Assembly: GCA_039194325.1 (NCBI GenBank)
Contig: JBCCWC010000005.1
Location: forward strand, 96,008 to 160,007
Reading direction: 5' to 3'
Length of the DNA: 64,000 nucleotides
Origin: Myxococcota bacterium
Lineage (GTDB): Bacteria > Myxococcota_A > Polyangia > Nannocystales > Nannocystaceae
This document shows positions 46,006 through 55,052 of the stretch, piece by piece. The notes beneath the pieces are model-generated. The model saw only the letters and a program-made list of their open reading frames with translations, made no database searches and was not told the origin of the DNA. The stretch's first letter is position 1. Each line of letters starts with the position of its first letter. The position numbers and the translations under genes are program-made.

Positions 46006-48018
46006 CTACGAGCGCAACGAGTCCCGCATGGCCTTCAGCGCGGGGAAGTCCTGGATGCTGCGGAACTGCTGCACCAGGGCCTGAAACCAGCTCGGGCCCT
46101 TGGTCCAGTCCTCGGCGCGGTTGGCTTGGATGCCCATCCCGCGCAGGGTCGCCGCGACGAACTCACGCACATCGTCCTTGCTCGCGGATTGCCAGTATTC
46201 GTGGGCGGCGAGGGCTGCGTGATGAAATGTGGTGATCTCGGTCAACTGCTTGCCGTCCGAGCCGGATAGAGGCTTGTTGGGAAACAGCTCGCCGAGCATG
46301 GCGAGCCGCGACTGTAGCTCGCCCAGAACCCGCTCGGACGCCGTGCGGCCGCTCCACCAAGCGGACATGCGTTGGCCCAGCTCGGACCAGGCTGCGGTGC
46401 AGGCGGCCTCGCTTTGGTGGGGATCGAGCTGGGGAAGCGCGCTGGCTTGGCCGGCATCGGCGATAAGTCGAGCCAGGGCCGGGCTCGGGCCTCCCGACAG
46501 CAGCGTGGCCTCGACGGTTCGGCAGGTCCAGTAGTGCACCTGGATTCCGAAGGGCTGCTTGTTGCCCCTTTGGCCGAAGGCGTCGGCTATCGCCTGTGTC
46601 TGCGTGGCGCTGAGCAGATCGCGATCGAGGATCACCCGAGCCTTGGCCCACAGGCTGCGTTCGTTGCGGATCTGCTCGAGCACGACCTTGAGGGCGGGCA
46701 GCGTGCGTAGGCCCTCCACGCCGTTGAGGCTCCAGTACATCGCGCGCTCGCGTGGGCCACCGAAACGATCGAGATCGAAGATCCGCTCCAGCAACATCGC
46801 GTCCGAGGGTCCCTCCACCAGCAAGAAGTGTTCGGACTCGAGGGCGTTGAGGAAGTCGAGGGCGGTCTCGGCACCGACGGAGCTCAACGCGCTACGCAAC
46901 GGGCTGGCCAAGAGTCCGTGCTGGCGGCCGGTCGTGAGCACGTGCTCGCTCGCCACCGGACGAAATTCCCGCGGTTTCCCGACTGGTGCGAGGTCGAGGT
47001 GGAAGACGCGATCCCAGCCCGCGTTGCGCAGCAGGGCCTCGTTGTGGGTGGTGGCGAACACCTGCACGTGTTCGCCGCGCTCCTCGATGAGCCCGAGCAG
47101 GCGCCGCTGAATGTCGCGGTGGATGTGCGAATCGGGCTCGTCGAGTAGGATCAGATCGAGCTTCGAGGGTTCGAGGTAGAGGTTGAGCAGGATCTCGATG
47201 ACTTGTAGCGAGCCGCTGCCGAGCAGCGAGATGTCGCGGAATTGATCGTTGCGCGAGGTTCGGGCGACCACGCTGACTCGGACCCACTCGTTAGGGTCGC
47301 CCTCGGCCTTGATGTCGATGCCGCCGGTCGCGTCGGTTAGCACGCGGCTGACGTCGTCCCTGAACCGGGCGAAGGTGTTGCTGTCGCCGTGGTAGAGCCG
47401 AAACAGGCGGTTGCGCAGGACCTCGGCCGAGCGCCGCTGGCGGATCATGTCGGTGGTCTTGCCGGGGGTCAGGAACTCCTCGCGAGTCTGCACGGCGGCC
47501 ACGGGAGACGCGAAGTACACCCGGAACGGGCGCGGCCAGCCGCCGGCGAGGGTGCGGTTGAGGCGAGGATTGAGCTCGTCGAGGTGGGGGTCGGGGTCGC
47601 CCTCGTTGCTCGCGCACGAAAAGTCGTAGTTGTCGCCCCGTGCCTTGCGGATCTTCATCGGGATGCTGAGGGAGCCCTCGTCGTCCTCGAGGGTCGCCGA
47701 CAAGAACAGCTCCTTCGCACCGCGATGAAAGAGGTCGTCGAAGCCCGGGCTGCGCACGGAGACGACCTCGCTGTGGTGGGCGCGAGCGGCGTCGAGGTAC
47801 CAGTCACCGCTGTTGATCCCGCGTTTTTGGCTGGCTTTGCCCGCCTGGTGGCTGATCCGGCCGAAGCACTCGGCCCACAGCGCCAGGGCCTCGAGCACCG
47901 TCGTCTTGCCCGAGTTGTTGGGCCCCGTGAGTATGTTGATGCGTGGGTGCCAGTGCAGGGTCGCGTCGCCGATGGCCTTGAAGCTCTCGATCCGCAGAGA
48001 TTTCATGCGTAGCGCCAT
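46006..48018 (-). CDS. OLD-like ATP-dependent nuclease (ABC ATPase + TOPRIM)
   Basis: IESFKAI, GPNNSGKT, LGSG, LLDEPDSHIH, TTHN; then LLVEGPSD, SLNG, VILDRD. Confidence 0.8.
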   Translation of the reverse strand: MALRMKSLRIESFKAIGDATLHWHPRINILTGPNNSGKTTVLEALALWAECFGRISHQAGKASQKRGINSGDWYLDAARAHHSEVVSVRSPGFDDLFHRGAKELFLSATLEDDEGSLSIPMKIRKARGDNYDFSCASNEGDPDPHLDELNPRLNRTLAGGWPRPFRVYFASPVAAVQTREEFLTPGKTTDMIRQRRSAEVLRNRLFRLYHGDSNTFARFRDDVSRVLTDATGGIDIKAEGDPNEWVRVSVVARTSRNDQFRDISLLGSGSLQVIEILLNLYLEPSKLDLILLDEPDSHIHRDIQRRLLGLIEERGEHVQVFATTHNEALLRNAGWDRVFHLDLAPVGKPREFRPVASEHVLTTGRQHGLLASPLRSALSSVGAETALDFLNALESEHFLLVEGPSDAMLLERIFDLDRFGGPRERAMYWSLNGVEGLRTLPALKVVLEQIRNERSLWAKARVILDRDLLSATQTQAIADAFGQRGNKQPFGIQVHYWTCRTVEATLLSGGPSPALARLIADAGQASALPQLDPHQSEAACTAAWSELGQRMSAWWSGRTASERVLGELQSRLAMLGELFPNKPLSGSDGKQLTEITTFHHAALAAHEYWQSASKDDVREFVAATLRGMGIQANRAEDWTKGPSWFQALVQQFRSIQDFPALKAMRDSLRS

Positions 48019-48102
48019 GGCCGGGGCCAGCCTATGCCTGGCCGCCGGCCGTGTCCAACCATGCCGTCGCGCTCCTCGAAGCCTCGGCCGGAGGGGTAGG
48101 GA

Positions 48103-49458
48103 TCAGCCGCTGGGCGCTCCGCCGCCGCCCACGTTGTTGAGGGCGAAGCCGGTCATGTCGCTGTACGTATAGGGGCCGACCAACCCGCTGACCACGTCCC
48201 ACGTGCCGGCCATGGGATCGACGCGATAGGCGTCGGTGCCGAACTGGGTGACGCCCCATACGTAGCCGTTGTAGTCGACGCTCACGCCGTGCACGTAGTT
48301 GGGCAGCGGGATGCTGTACTCCACCGCCAGGGTGTGGCGGTTGATGCCCACCATCGGCGAGGACGCCATCCACAGGATGTCGCCGCCGTCGGACATGCAG
48401 CCTCCGCTCCCGCCCACGTTGGCCGTCTGCCACGTCTGGGTCACCGGGTCGAAGCGAGCGGCCGTGTTCGAGCAGGTCCACACGTAGCCCTCTTGATCGA
48501 CCGTCATGCCGTAGCCGCTGGCGACCATGGGCCAGACCTGTACGTCCATCGTCTGGCGGTCGACCCGGACCACCGAGCCGAGGCTCAGCTGGCTGCCCCA
48601 GAAGTTGCCCTCGGAGTCGACCGCCGCCCCGTAGATGCCAAAGAAGCCCGCCGAGACCCCGGGGATCGGCACCGTCTCCTCGATGATGCCGGTGTCACCA
48701 TCGACCAGCAGTACCTCGATGGACTCGCCGTTGGCCCCCGAGGTCCACACCTTCTCGTTGAGCGTGGCGCAGGCGGCCTGGTCCCACTCGCCCTGGGTCC
48801 AGGCCACCGGGCGCTGCGAGGTGTAGGTCATGGGGGTGTGCCAGGCCATGCACTCCTCGTTGCCCCAGGGGAGGATGTCGGCCGCGCCGCTCGAGGTGTT
48901 GATCGTGCCGTTGTTGTTGCTGTCGACGCAGTTGTCCTCGAGGGCGTAGAACTTGGTCAGGCCGCCGTTGCGGTTGGCCACGGCCACGTTGCCGGTGAGG
49001 CTGACCGAGGTGCGCGAGGGGCTGCCGTTGGTATCGGGCCGCGTCTGGTAGCGGCCCTCCTCGACCAGCGTCTCGGTGTTGATCTTGGAGATCGTCCCCT
49101 GCGTACTGTTGGCGATCCAGATGTACGAGAACTCGACCTCGCCCTCGCCCTGCTGGCAATACTCGGGTGCGTCGGGGATGCCCCCGTAGTCGAAGATGAC
49201 GGGCGATCCCGCGGTCTCGTCCGCGCTGGGATCGTCCGTGGTGGTGCTCCCGCTCGTTGTGCCCGGGCCCTCGCCGCCGCCGCCCGAGCCGTCGGGCTGG
49301 TTGGTCGTCGAGTTGCTGCCGGGCCCGGGCCCGGCGGTGGTCGCCGGGGTCTGGCTGTCCGATGCTCCCGACCCCCCGCCGTCAGTACTGGGGGCCGGAT
49401 CGCTGCACGCCACCGCCACTACACTCAACCAGAGCAATGCATATCTGTTCATGTCCAT
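48103..49458 (-). CDS. Beta-propeller lipoprotein, paralog C
   Basis: AVAC lipobox; long nucleotide-identical blocks shared with paralog B. Confidence 0.8.
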   Translation of the reverse strand: MDMNRYALLWLSVVAVACSDPAPSTDGGGSGASDSQTPATTAGPGPGSNSTTNQPDGSGGGGEGPGTTSGSTTTDDPSADETAGSPVIFDYGGIPDAPEYCQQGEGEVEFSYIWIANSTQGTISKINTETLVEEGRYQTRPDTNGSPSRTSVSLTGNVAVANRNGGLTKFYALEDNCVDSNNNGTINTSSGAADILPWGNEECMAWHTPMTYTSQRPVAWTQGEWDQAACATLNEKVWTSGANGESIEVLLVDGDTGIIEETVPIPGVSAGFFGIYGAAVDSEGNFWGSQLSLGSVVRVDRQTMDVQVWPMVASGYGMTVDQEGYVWTCSNTAARFDPVTQTWQTANVGGSGGCMSDGGDILWMASSPMVGINRHTLAVEYSIPLPNYVHGVSVDYNGYVWGVTQFGTDAYRVDPMAGTWDVVSGLVGPYTYSDMTGFALNNVGGGGAPSG

Positions 49459-49698
49459 GATCCCCTCCGCGAGTCAGGAGCGTAATCGGCCACGAGACTA
49501 GCAGCTGATGGCTCCATGAGGACGTGCGTTTCGTCCGATCGATCAATTGGGTGGCGATTGAGCAGTGATTGGTTCGGTTAAAGGAATAAGTAAGCAAAGG
49601 TCAGATAAGCAACGAGATGTAGATATCGGCCGATGGGCCGATGGGCTAAGGGTTACACTCAAGAGCGCTCTTCGCCGGCACCACGCGGTAGGGGTTGT

Positions 49699-50367
49699 TC
49701 ATGCCATCGCGGCGAGCATCTGTCGGGCGACCGGGCCGGCCGACGCGGGGTTTTGTCCGGTGACCAGCCGCCCGTCGGTGATCGCGTGGGGCTGCCAGGG
49801 ATCGACCTCGACGAACGTGGCCCCCTGGGCCTCGAGGGCCGATTGCAGCGCAAAGGGCACGTCCGCGGCGGCATAGCCGTCCTCTTCGGCATTGGTGAAG
49901 CTGGTGACCCGCTTGCCGTGCAGCAGGTGCTCGCCGTTGTTCAGCCGCACGTTGAGCAAGGCGACCGGTCCGTGGCAAACCGCGCCCACGATGAGCCCCG
50001 CCTCGTAGGCCGTGGCCAGGGTCGCCTCGAGCGCCGGGTTCTCCGCCATGTCCACCATGGGACCGAGTCCCCCGGGCACGAAGACCGCGTCGTAGCTGGT
50101 CACGTCGATCTCGGAGAGCCGACGGCTGTGCCGCATGCGCTGATAGGCCTTGCTGTCGCGGAACGCCTTGGCTTGCGGATCGCTGGCGTTGTAGCCGTCC
50201 TCGGGAGGGCTCCCGCCGGTGAGGCTGGCGAACTCGATCGCATACCCCGCGGCGTCGAACTCGTGAAACGGATGCGCGACCTCCGGGAAGTAGAACCCCG
50301 TCGGGCGCTTGTTCGGGCCGATCTGTGCGGCGTTGGTCAGGATGAACAGTACGTGCTTGACGCTCAT
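49699..50367 (-). CDS. DJ-1/PfpI (Hsp31-like) protein
   Basis: TGFYFPEVAHP, VPGGLG.M, AVCHGP, LVTGQNPAS. Confidence 0.92.
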   Translation of the reverse strand: MSVKHVLFILTNAAQIGPNKRPTGFYFPEVAHPFHEFDAAGYAIEFASLTGGSPPEDGYNASDPQAKAFRDSKAYQRMRHSRRLSEIDVTSYDAVFVPGGLGPMVDMAENPALEATLATAYEAGLIVGAVCHGPVALLNVRLNNGEHLLHGKRVTSFTNAEEDGYAAADVPFALQSALEAQGATFVEVDPWQPHAITDGRLVTGQNPASAGPVARQMLAAMA

Positions 50368-50512
50368 TGCGGGTCTCTTTGTCGGTGATGGAGCGCTCGC
50401 GACCCCCCCCGAGCCGGTGGCCCGGTGGGAGGTCGCGAGTGCTGGGGTCGATGAGAACGCGTGCAGCATGTCGCCCACAGCCGGGTTCGGGAAGGGCCAG
50501 GCGGCTCTTCAT

Positions 50513-50535
50513 ATTGTCAAACGTTATTTGACAAT
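50513..50535. promoter_or_regulatory. Putative LysR binding site
   Basis: Perfect inverted repeat ATTGTCAAA-N5-TTTGACAAT between the divergent DJ-1 and LysR genes. Confidence 0.7.
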
Positions 50536-50562
50536 CACTGCGTGCCTGGCGAGCATAGGCCG

Positions 50563-51579
50563 ATGCTCGACGATCTTCGGTCGATGGCCGTGTTTGCCCA
50601 TGTTGCTCGTGGGAGCAGCTTTGCCGACGCCGCCCGGGAGCTCGGCGTGTCGCGTGCGGCCGTCAGCCATCAGATCCGTCGGCTCGAGAAGCGGCTCGGG
50701 GTGCCGCTGACTCGGCGGAGTACCCGTAGCCTCAGCTTGACACCGGCGGGCCAGCTCTTTGCCGAGCGATGCCAGAACATGATCGCCGAAGCGTCGTCGG
50801 CCCTGGCGAACATCGACCTGATCCGTCAAGAGCCACGGGGTCGCGTGGTGATCACGTGCTCGAACCACTTTGGCCAGGTTCACATCGTGCCGGCGCTGGC
50901 CGAGTTCCGTCGGCGTTATCGCAACATCGAGCTCGACGTCTTGCTGACCGACAGCAACCTCGACATCGTCGCGCGGGGCATCGATCTGGCGGTGCGGGCT
51001 GGCCCGCTGTCGGACTCGAGCCTGCGCGCGCGTCGGCTCCTGACCGACGAGACCTTCCTGTGCGCGGCTCCGTCCTACCTTGAGCACTACGGCGTTCCCA
51101 CCCAGCCCGAGCACCTGGCCGATCACCGCTGGGTGCTGTACCCACGGAGCTTGCGTTACGTGACCCTGGGGGTGGGCGGTCGGGATCGTCGCATTGCCGT
51201 CCGGGGGCACGTTCGCCTCAACAACGCCGCTTCACGCCTCGTCTTCGTGCTGGCAGGCGAGGGGATCGCTCGCTTGCCCGCCTATGATGCCCGCCCTCGG
51301 ATCGCGTCGGGCGAGCTGGTGCGGATCTTGCCCGAGTGTCGCACCACGCCCGTCAACGTGTACCTCGTTCATCCCGAGCGACTCGGGCCGTCGGCGCGCC
51401 GGGTGGCGGACTTCCTCGTCGAGGAGCATACGCACCGGGTCGGTACGGCCCCGTCGATCGGCTCCTCGATCCGATCTCGTGCGATGGAGCAAGTGCGCGG
51501 ACAGAGGACTTCACAGCCAGCGAGTTCGACGCAAGCTGACATGTCACATCAAGACGTAGAGCCAGCGGGAGATCGGTAG
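50563..51579 (+). CDS. LysR-family regulator
   Basis: SFADAARELGVSRAAVSHQIRRLE, RSTRSLSLTPAG, IDLAVR. Confidence 0.93.
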   Translation: MLDDLRSMAVFAHVARGSSFADAARELGVSRAAVSHQIRRLEKRLGVPLTRRSTRSLSLTPAGQLFAERCQNMIAEASSALANIDLIRQEPRGRVVITCSNHFGQVHIVPALAEFRRRYRNIELDVLLTDSNLDIVARGIDLAVRAGPLSDSSLRARRLLTDETFLCAAPSYLEHYGVPTQPEHLADHRWVLYPRSLRYVTLGVGGRDRRIAVRGHVRLNNAASRLVFVLAGEGIARLPAYDARPRIASGELVRILPECRTTPVNVYLVHPERLGPSARRVADFLVEEHTHRVGTAPSIGSSIRSRAMEQVRGQRTSQPASSTQADMSHQDVEPAGDR

Positions 51580-51600
51580 TGGCCCCTTGTTCGGCTCTGG

Positions 51601-52556
51601 CTAGAGGAACCCCGTGCACCGATACTCCGCGCCGAAGCCGTCGGAGTCGATGAAGTCCGAGTCCCACTGTTGGCCGTCTGCATCCACCGCATGAGGCTCG
51701 GGGCAGAAGTTGCTGCTCTCTTCGCGGAGCACCATGCCGCCCGAGTACCCCAGCGCGGTGCACAGTGCGGCGACCATGTCCACGGCAACTCCGTTGTTGG
51801 CGCTGTCCGGCGCGTTGCACAGGCCCCCCGGGGCGGAGCAGCAGTTGTTGTCGAAGGTCTCGGGGTAGATATCGCCGAGCCCGTTGCCCGGGTCGACCAG
51901 CGAGCGCATGGCCGACGTCGACGTCGTGCCAAAGTCCAGCTGCTGCGTCGCGACGTCGTACGTGCAGTAGAAACTGCCCGGGATGCACCCGTTGCCCGGG
52001 CAGCCGATCCAGTCGAGCTGACTCGAGGTCCAGGGGACGAGGTCCACCCCGGTGGACACCAGGCCCCACACGGAGGCGTTGGTGAGCAGGTCGTTACACG
52101 TGGCGCTGACGAAGAACGTGCAATCGTTCTTGCAGCCATCGTCCTCGACTGCATTTTGGTCGTCGCACTCCTCGGCCGCGGCCATGTTGAGCACGCTGTC
52201 GCCGCATACGGCCAGGGTGCAGTCGATGTCGCAGGTGGCCGACTCTCCCGCGTCGTCTCATTCTTCGGGGGCCGTGACTACGCCGTCGCCGCACGTGGGC
52301 GGGGGCCCGGTCATGGTGCCGAGGGAGGTACTGCCCGACGAGCCGTCGCCCGGCCCGGTGCTGCCCGTGTCGAGGTCGCGCCCGAGCCCGGCCCGCTCGC
52401 ATCATCGATCGTGGTCGTCGGATCCGGCTCGTTCGTGGTCAAGCCCGCCGGTGGTGGCTCCACCGTGTCAGAGGTCGTGGCCGAAGGGGGTTCGCCCACC
52501 GCACAGCCTCCGAGCAGAGCGCAGAGCATCGCTGGAATGGTGACGTTCGTCTTCAT
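51601..52556 (-). pseudogene. Cys-rich repeat lipoprotein interrupted by a frameshift and a nonsense codon
   Basis: LLGGC lipobox; 1-nt frameshift near 52370; CGDGVVTAPEE*DD with TGA at 52258-52260; then continues into the 51601-52194 ORF. Confidence 0.7.
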
Positions 52557-52566
52557 GGCCAAACCT

Positions 52567-52657
52567 CCGAGGATCGCTGCCGAGGATCGCCGCCGAGGAT
52601 CGCCGCCGAGGATCGCCGCCGAGGATCGCCGCCGAGGATCGCCGCCGAGGATCGCCG
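52567..52657. repeat. 13-bp tandem repeat CCGAGGATCGCCG x7
   Basis: Read directly; first copy has one mismatch; no spacers. Confidence 0.92.
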
Positions 52658-52979
52658 CGAAGCCTCGACGTTCGCCGAAGCTCGCACGTCGACCGCAGGC
52701 TATCATCCGAGCCGGGCCTCGCGCTCGCGGGCCGGTTACGCCACAGGGTCTGGGGCGGCTTGGGCGCCAGCGGAGCAGGATCTTGGCGACGGTCACCTCG
52801 GGTGGCTGGTGTGTCGCTGGGGGACGACGCGATCGGATCGCTGCGCTCGGTACCCTCGAGTCGCGGCCGCCGGTCAATCTTGCCCATCGAGCCGGAGTAT
52901 TGTCGTTGAACGCTCGCAGTGGCTTGGGCAAGATGGTCTGGCGGTGGGTTTGGGTGCGGAACACGGGATAGGTGACGAG

Positions 52980-53714
52980 ATGAATCGAATGACCACGGTC
53001 ATGCGCTGGACCATCGTCACCGCCTTGGTCGTTCCCGGTTGCTCTCGGCAGAACCCCGACTTCAGCGGCACGGAGTCGGCCTCGGCGGGGAACACAATGG
53101 CGTCGATGTCTGGGCCGACGGGTCCGACTTCGGCAGCGTCGACCATGTCGAGCGCCCCGAGCTCCACGGGCTCCGAGCTCGACGGCGGCAGCAACACGAG
53201 CGGCGATGACAACAGCGGTAGCGTAAGCCAGGGGGAGACGGACGTGCCGGACGAACCCAGCCCCTGCTGTGAGCCGGGCGGCGAGTGCTCCCGGGATACC
53301 AGGATATTCAAGTGTGCCTGTGACTTCACCAAAGGTTGCTGCAACGATCCCTGGAGCCCCGAGTGTATCCTCGTCGCGATCAATGAGTGCGATCTATCCT
53401 GTCCGTTCGATTGCTGCATTCCTCATGCCACCGGGGGGTGCTTCCTGGAGGATGTGGAAGATGCGGTGTGCAATGATCCGGTCGCTGGCGATCCCAGCTG
53501 CTGTGACACTGAGTGGAACGAGGACTGTGTTCGTGACGCGATCCTCGACCATGGCGTGTGCGTGAGTGATGGCCCGTGCTGCGAGCGAGGTCCAGGGCCC
53601 GGGTGCTTCAGCGACTCTGTGGTGGCGTGCGTATGTGCGTTCGACCCCCTGTGTTGCATCGCCGGCTGGAATGAGCGTTGCGTCGACGCGGCGATGAAGT
53701 GTGGGGAGTGTTGA
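52980..53714 (+). CDS. Lipoprotein with three Cys-rich repeats
   Basis: VPGC lipobox, S/T/G linker, three CC...GC......C...DP.CC...W...C...A...C units. Confidence 0.75.
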   Translation: MNRMTTVMRWTIVTALVVPGCSRQNPDFSGTESASAGNTMASMSGPTGPTSAASTMSSAPSSTGSELDGGSNTSGDDNSGSVSQGETDVPDEPSPCCEPGGECSRDTRIFKCACDFTKGCCNDPWSPECILVAINECDLSCPFDCCIPHATGGCFLEDVEDAVCNDPVAGDPSCCDTEWNEDCVRDAILDHGVCVSDGPCCERGPGPGCFSDSVVACVCAFDPLCCIAGWNERCVDAAMKCGEC

Positions 53715-53867
53715 AGGCCGCGAATGTTCGTGCTTTTCGAGGTGGAGAATCGTCGAGCTGCTGATGCCCAGACACCTGTGATGTGTGAATTCGGTAATCT
53801 GCGTGTGAGGTGCAGGCCGGCCACTCCATATGGTCTAGCGATGTTCAGCGCGCAGTCGCCCTTGCCG

Positions 53868-55052
53868 TCATGATTGCGGTATCGTCTTCTCTTGCAAACG
53901 CCGCGGGTTCTCTTTGTTGTTCGGGGGTTGACGAGTCGTCGAGTCGTTCTCTTCGTCGTCGGCCTTGCATGATGAACCCATTATGCAGATACCAGAGGAA
54001 TCCTCCTCCGGATTGAGGTACCCGAGTATTCGTTCTCGCTGTGCGGCCACGCGCAGTCCTTCACCTGGCCTGAACGGATCGGTCGTCTGTAGCTTCTCCA
54101 CGAGGTCGTAGTGCTCGATACCGCGCTTGTACGCGGTCACGAGCACGGCTTCTTGCAAGTGTTCCGGTAGCGCTGATAGCGCCGCGCCGTAGGTTCCCTT
54201 TGCCTCTGCAATATACATCGCCGCGACGTGCGCCGTGCCTTCATGCGACTGAATGTATGAGACCATCGATTTTGGGCTGCTGACACTGTCTGGGAAGTGA
54301 TCGGGATATTTCTCATATAGCGACCATGCAGTATCGAGCTTGATGTTTCCTGGGCCTAGGTCGTTCTGGAATGTATTAAACAATTTTGTTCCACCAGGTT
54401 TCTCCATGTGCTTGGAAAAGGTGTTGTCTGATCTGCCCGAGATCCACCAATCCTGCAAGCTGTCTATCCACGAGTAGGTGTTTAGCTCATCTGCGATAGA
54501 GCCTGCCACTGCAACCTCTGGAACGTTGTACTTTTTACTATATTCCTTAATGTACTCTCGCATTGACGAAATTTCTTCCAAAGTCTCATCGTCATATGGG
54601 AATCCATCTTCGAGCGCCTCATTGTCTTCTTGCATGTCTTCAATGCTGTCGAAGTGAAGATATAGGGCCTTCCCGACTGTGTTTGGTGTACCCTCGGGAC
54701 CTGCGCAATTCATGTGAAATCGTGCGTCATGCATCGTGATGTACTCTCCGTTGCAGGTGACGCTCGAAAAGAACGTAATGGGCCGACACCAGCCCAGGTT
54801 AACCCCCGAGAACACACCTCCACCGACGCCAGCCTCGTTCCCGGTCACGCGGGAGACTCTGCTCGCCACGGTGAACACGAAGTGCTTGCCTATCATGACA
54901 TTGCTCGACGCCTTGACCGAATCATCGAGCGTTGCCACAATCCGATATGGTACCGGTACCATGAGCGAGCCGACCGGCGTCAGGCATACGTCAGGGTAAA
55001 TGTTGATTACGATCGCCTTTGGCGTCGTTCTCAGGCCCTCATCCATACTCAC
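53868..55052 (-). CDS. PAAR-like (DUF4150) protein with C-terminal putative toxin domain
   Basis: PDVCLTPVG...VPVPY, GNEAGVGGGV.SG, MN; unrelated C-terminal domain; low GC. Confidence 0.8.
   Translation of the reverse strand: MSMDEGLRTTPKAIVINIYPDVCLTPVGSLMVPVPYRIVATLDDSVKASSNVMIGKHFVFTVASRVSRVTGNEAGVGGGVFSGVNLGWCRPITFFSSVTCNGEYITMHDARFHMNCAGPEGTPNTVGKALYLHFDSIEDMQEDNEALEDGFPYDDETLEEISSMREYIKEYSKKYNVPEVAVAGSIADELNTYSWIDSLQDWWISGRSDNTFSKHMEKPGGTKLFNTFQNDLGPGNIKLDTAWSLYEKYPDHFPDSVSSPKSMVSYIQSHEGTAHVAAMYIAEAKGTYGAALSALPEHLQEAVLVTAYKRGIEHYDLVEKLQTTDPFRPGEGLRVAAQRERILGYLNPEEDSSGICIMGSSCKADDEENDSTTRQPPNNKENPRRLQEKTIPQS

Noticed and set aside
42937..49458. Diversity-generating retroelement TR/VR explanation for the near-identical propeller copies
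   Set aside because: Both copies are full genes, differences are not adenine-specific, and no RT is present
52258..52260. TGA at a Cys position as possible selenocysteine
   Set aside because: It is a structural repeat Cys, the gene also has a frameshift, and no SECIS was recognised; nonsense mutation or error is simpler
52567..52657. CRISPR-like appearance of short repeat arrays (also 35187, 63854)
   Set aside because: Head-to-tail units with no spacers and no cas genes
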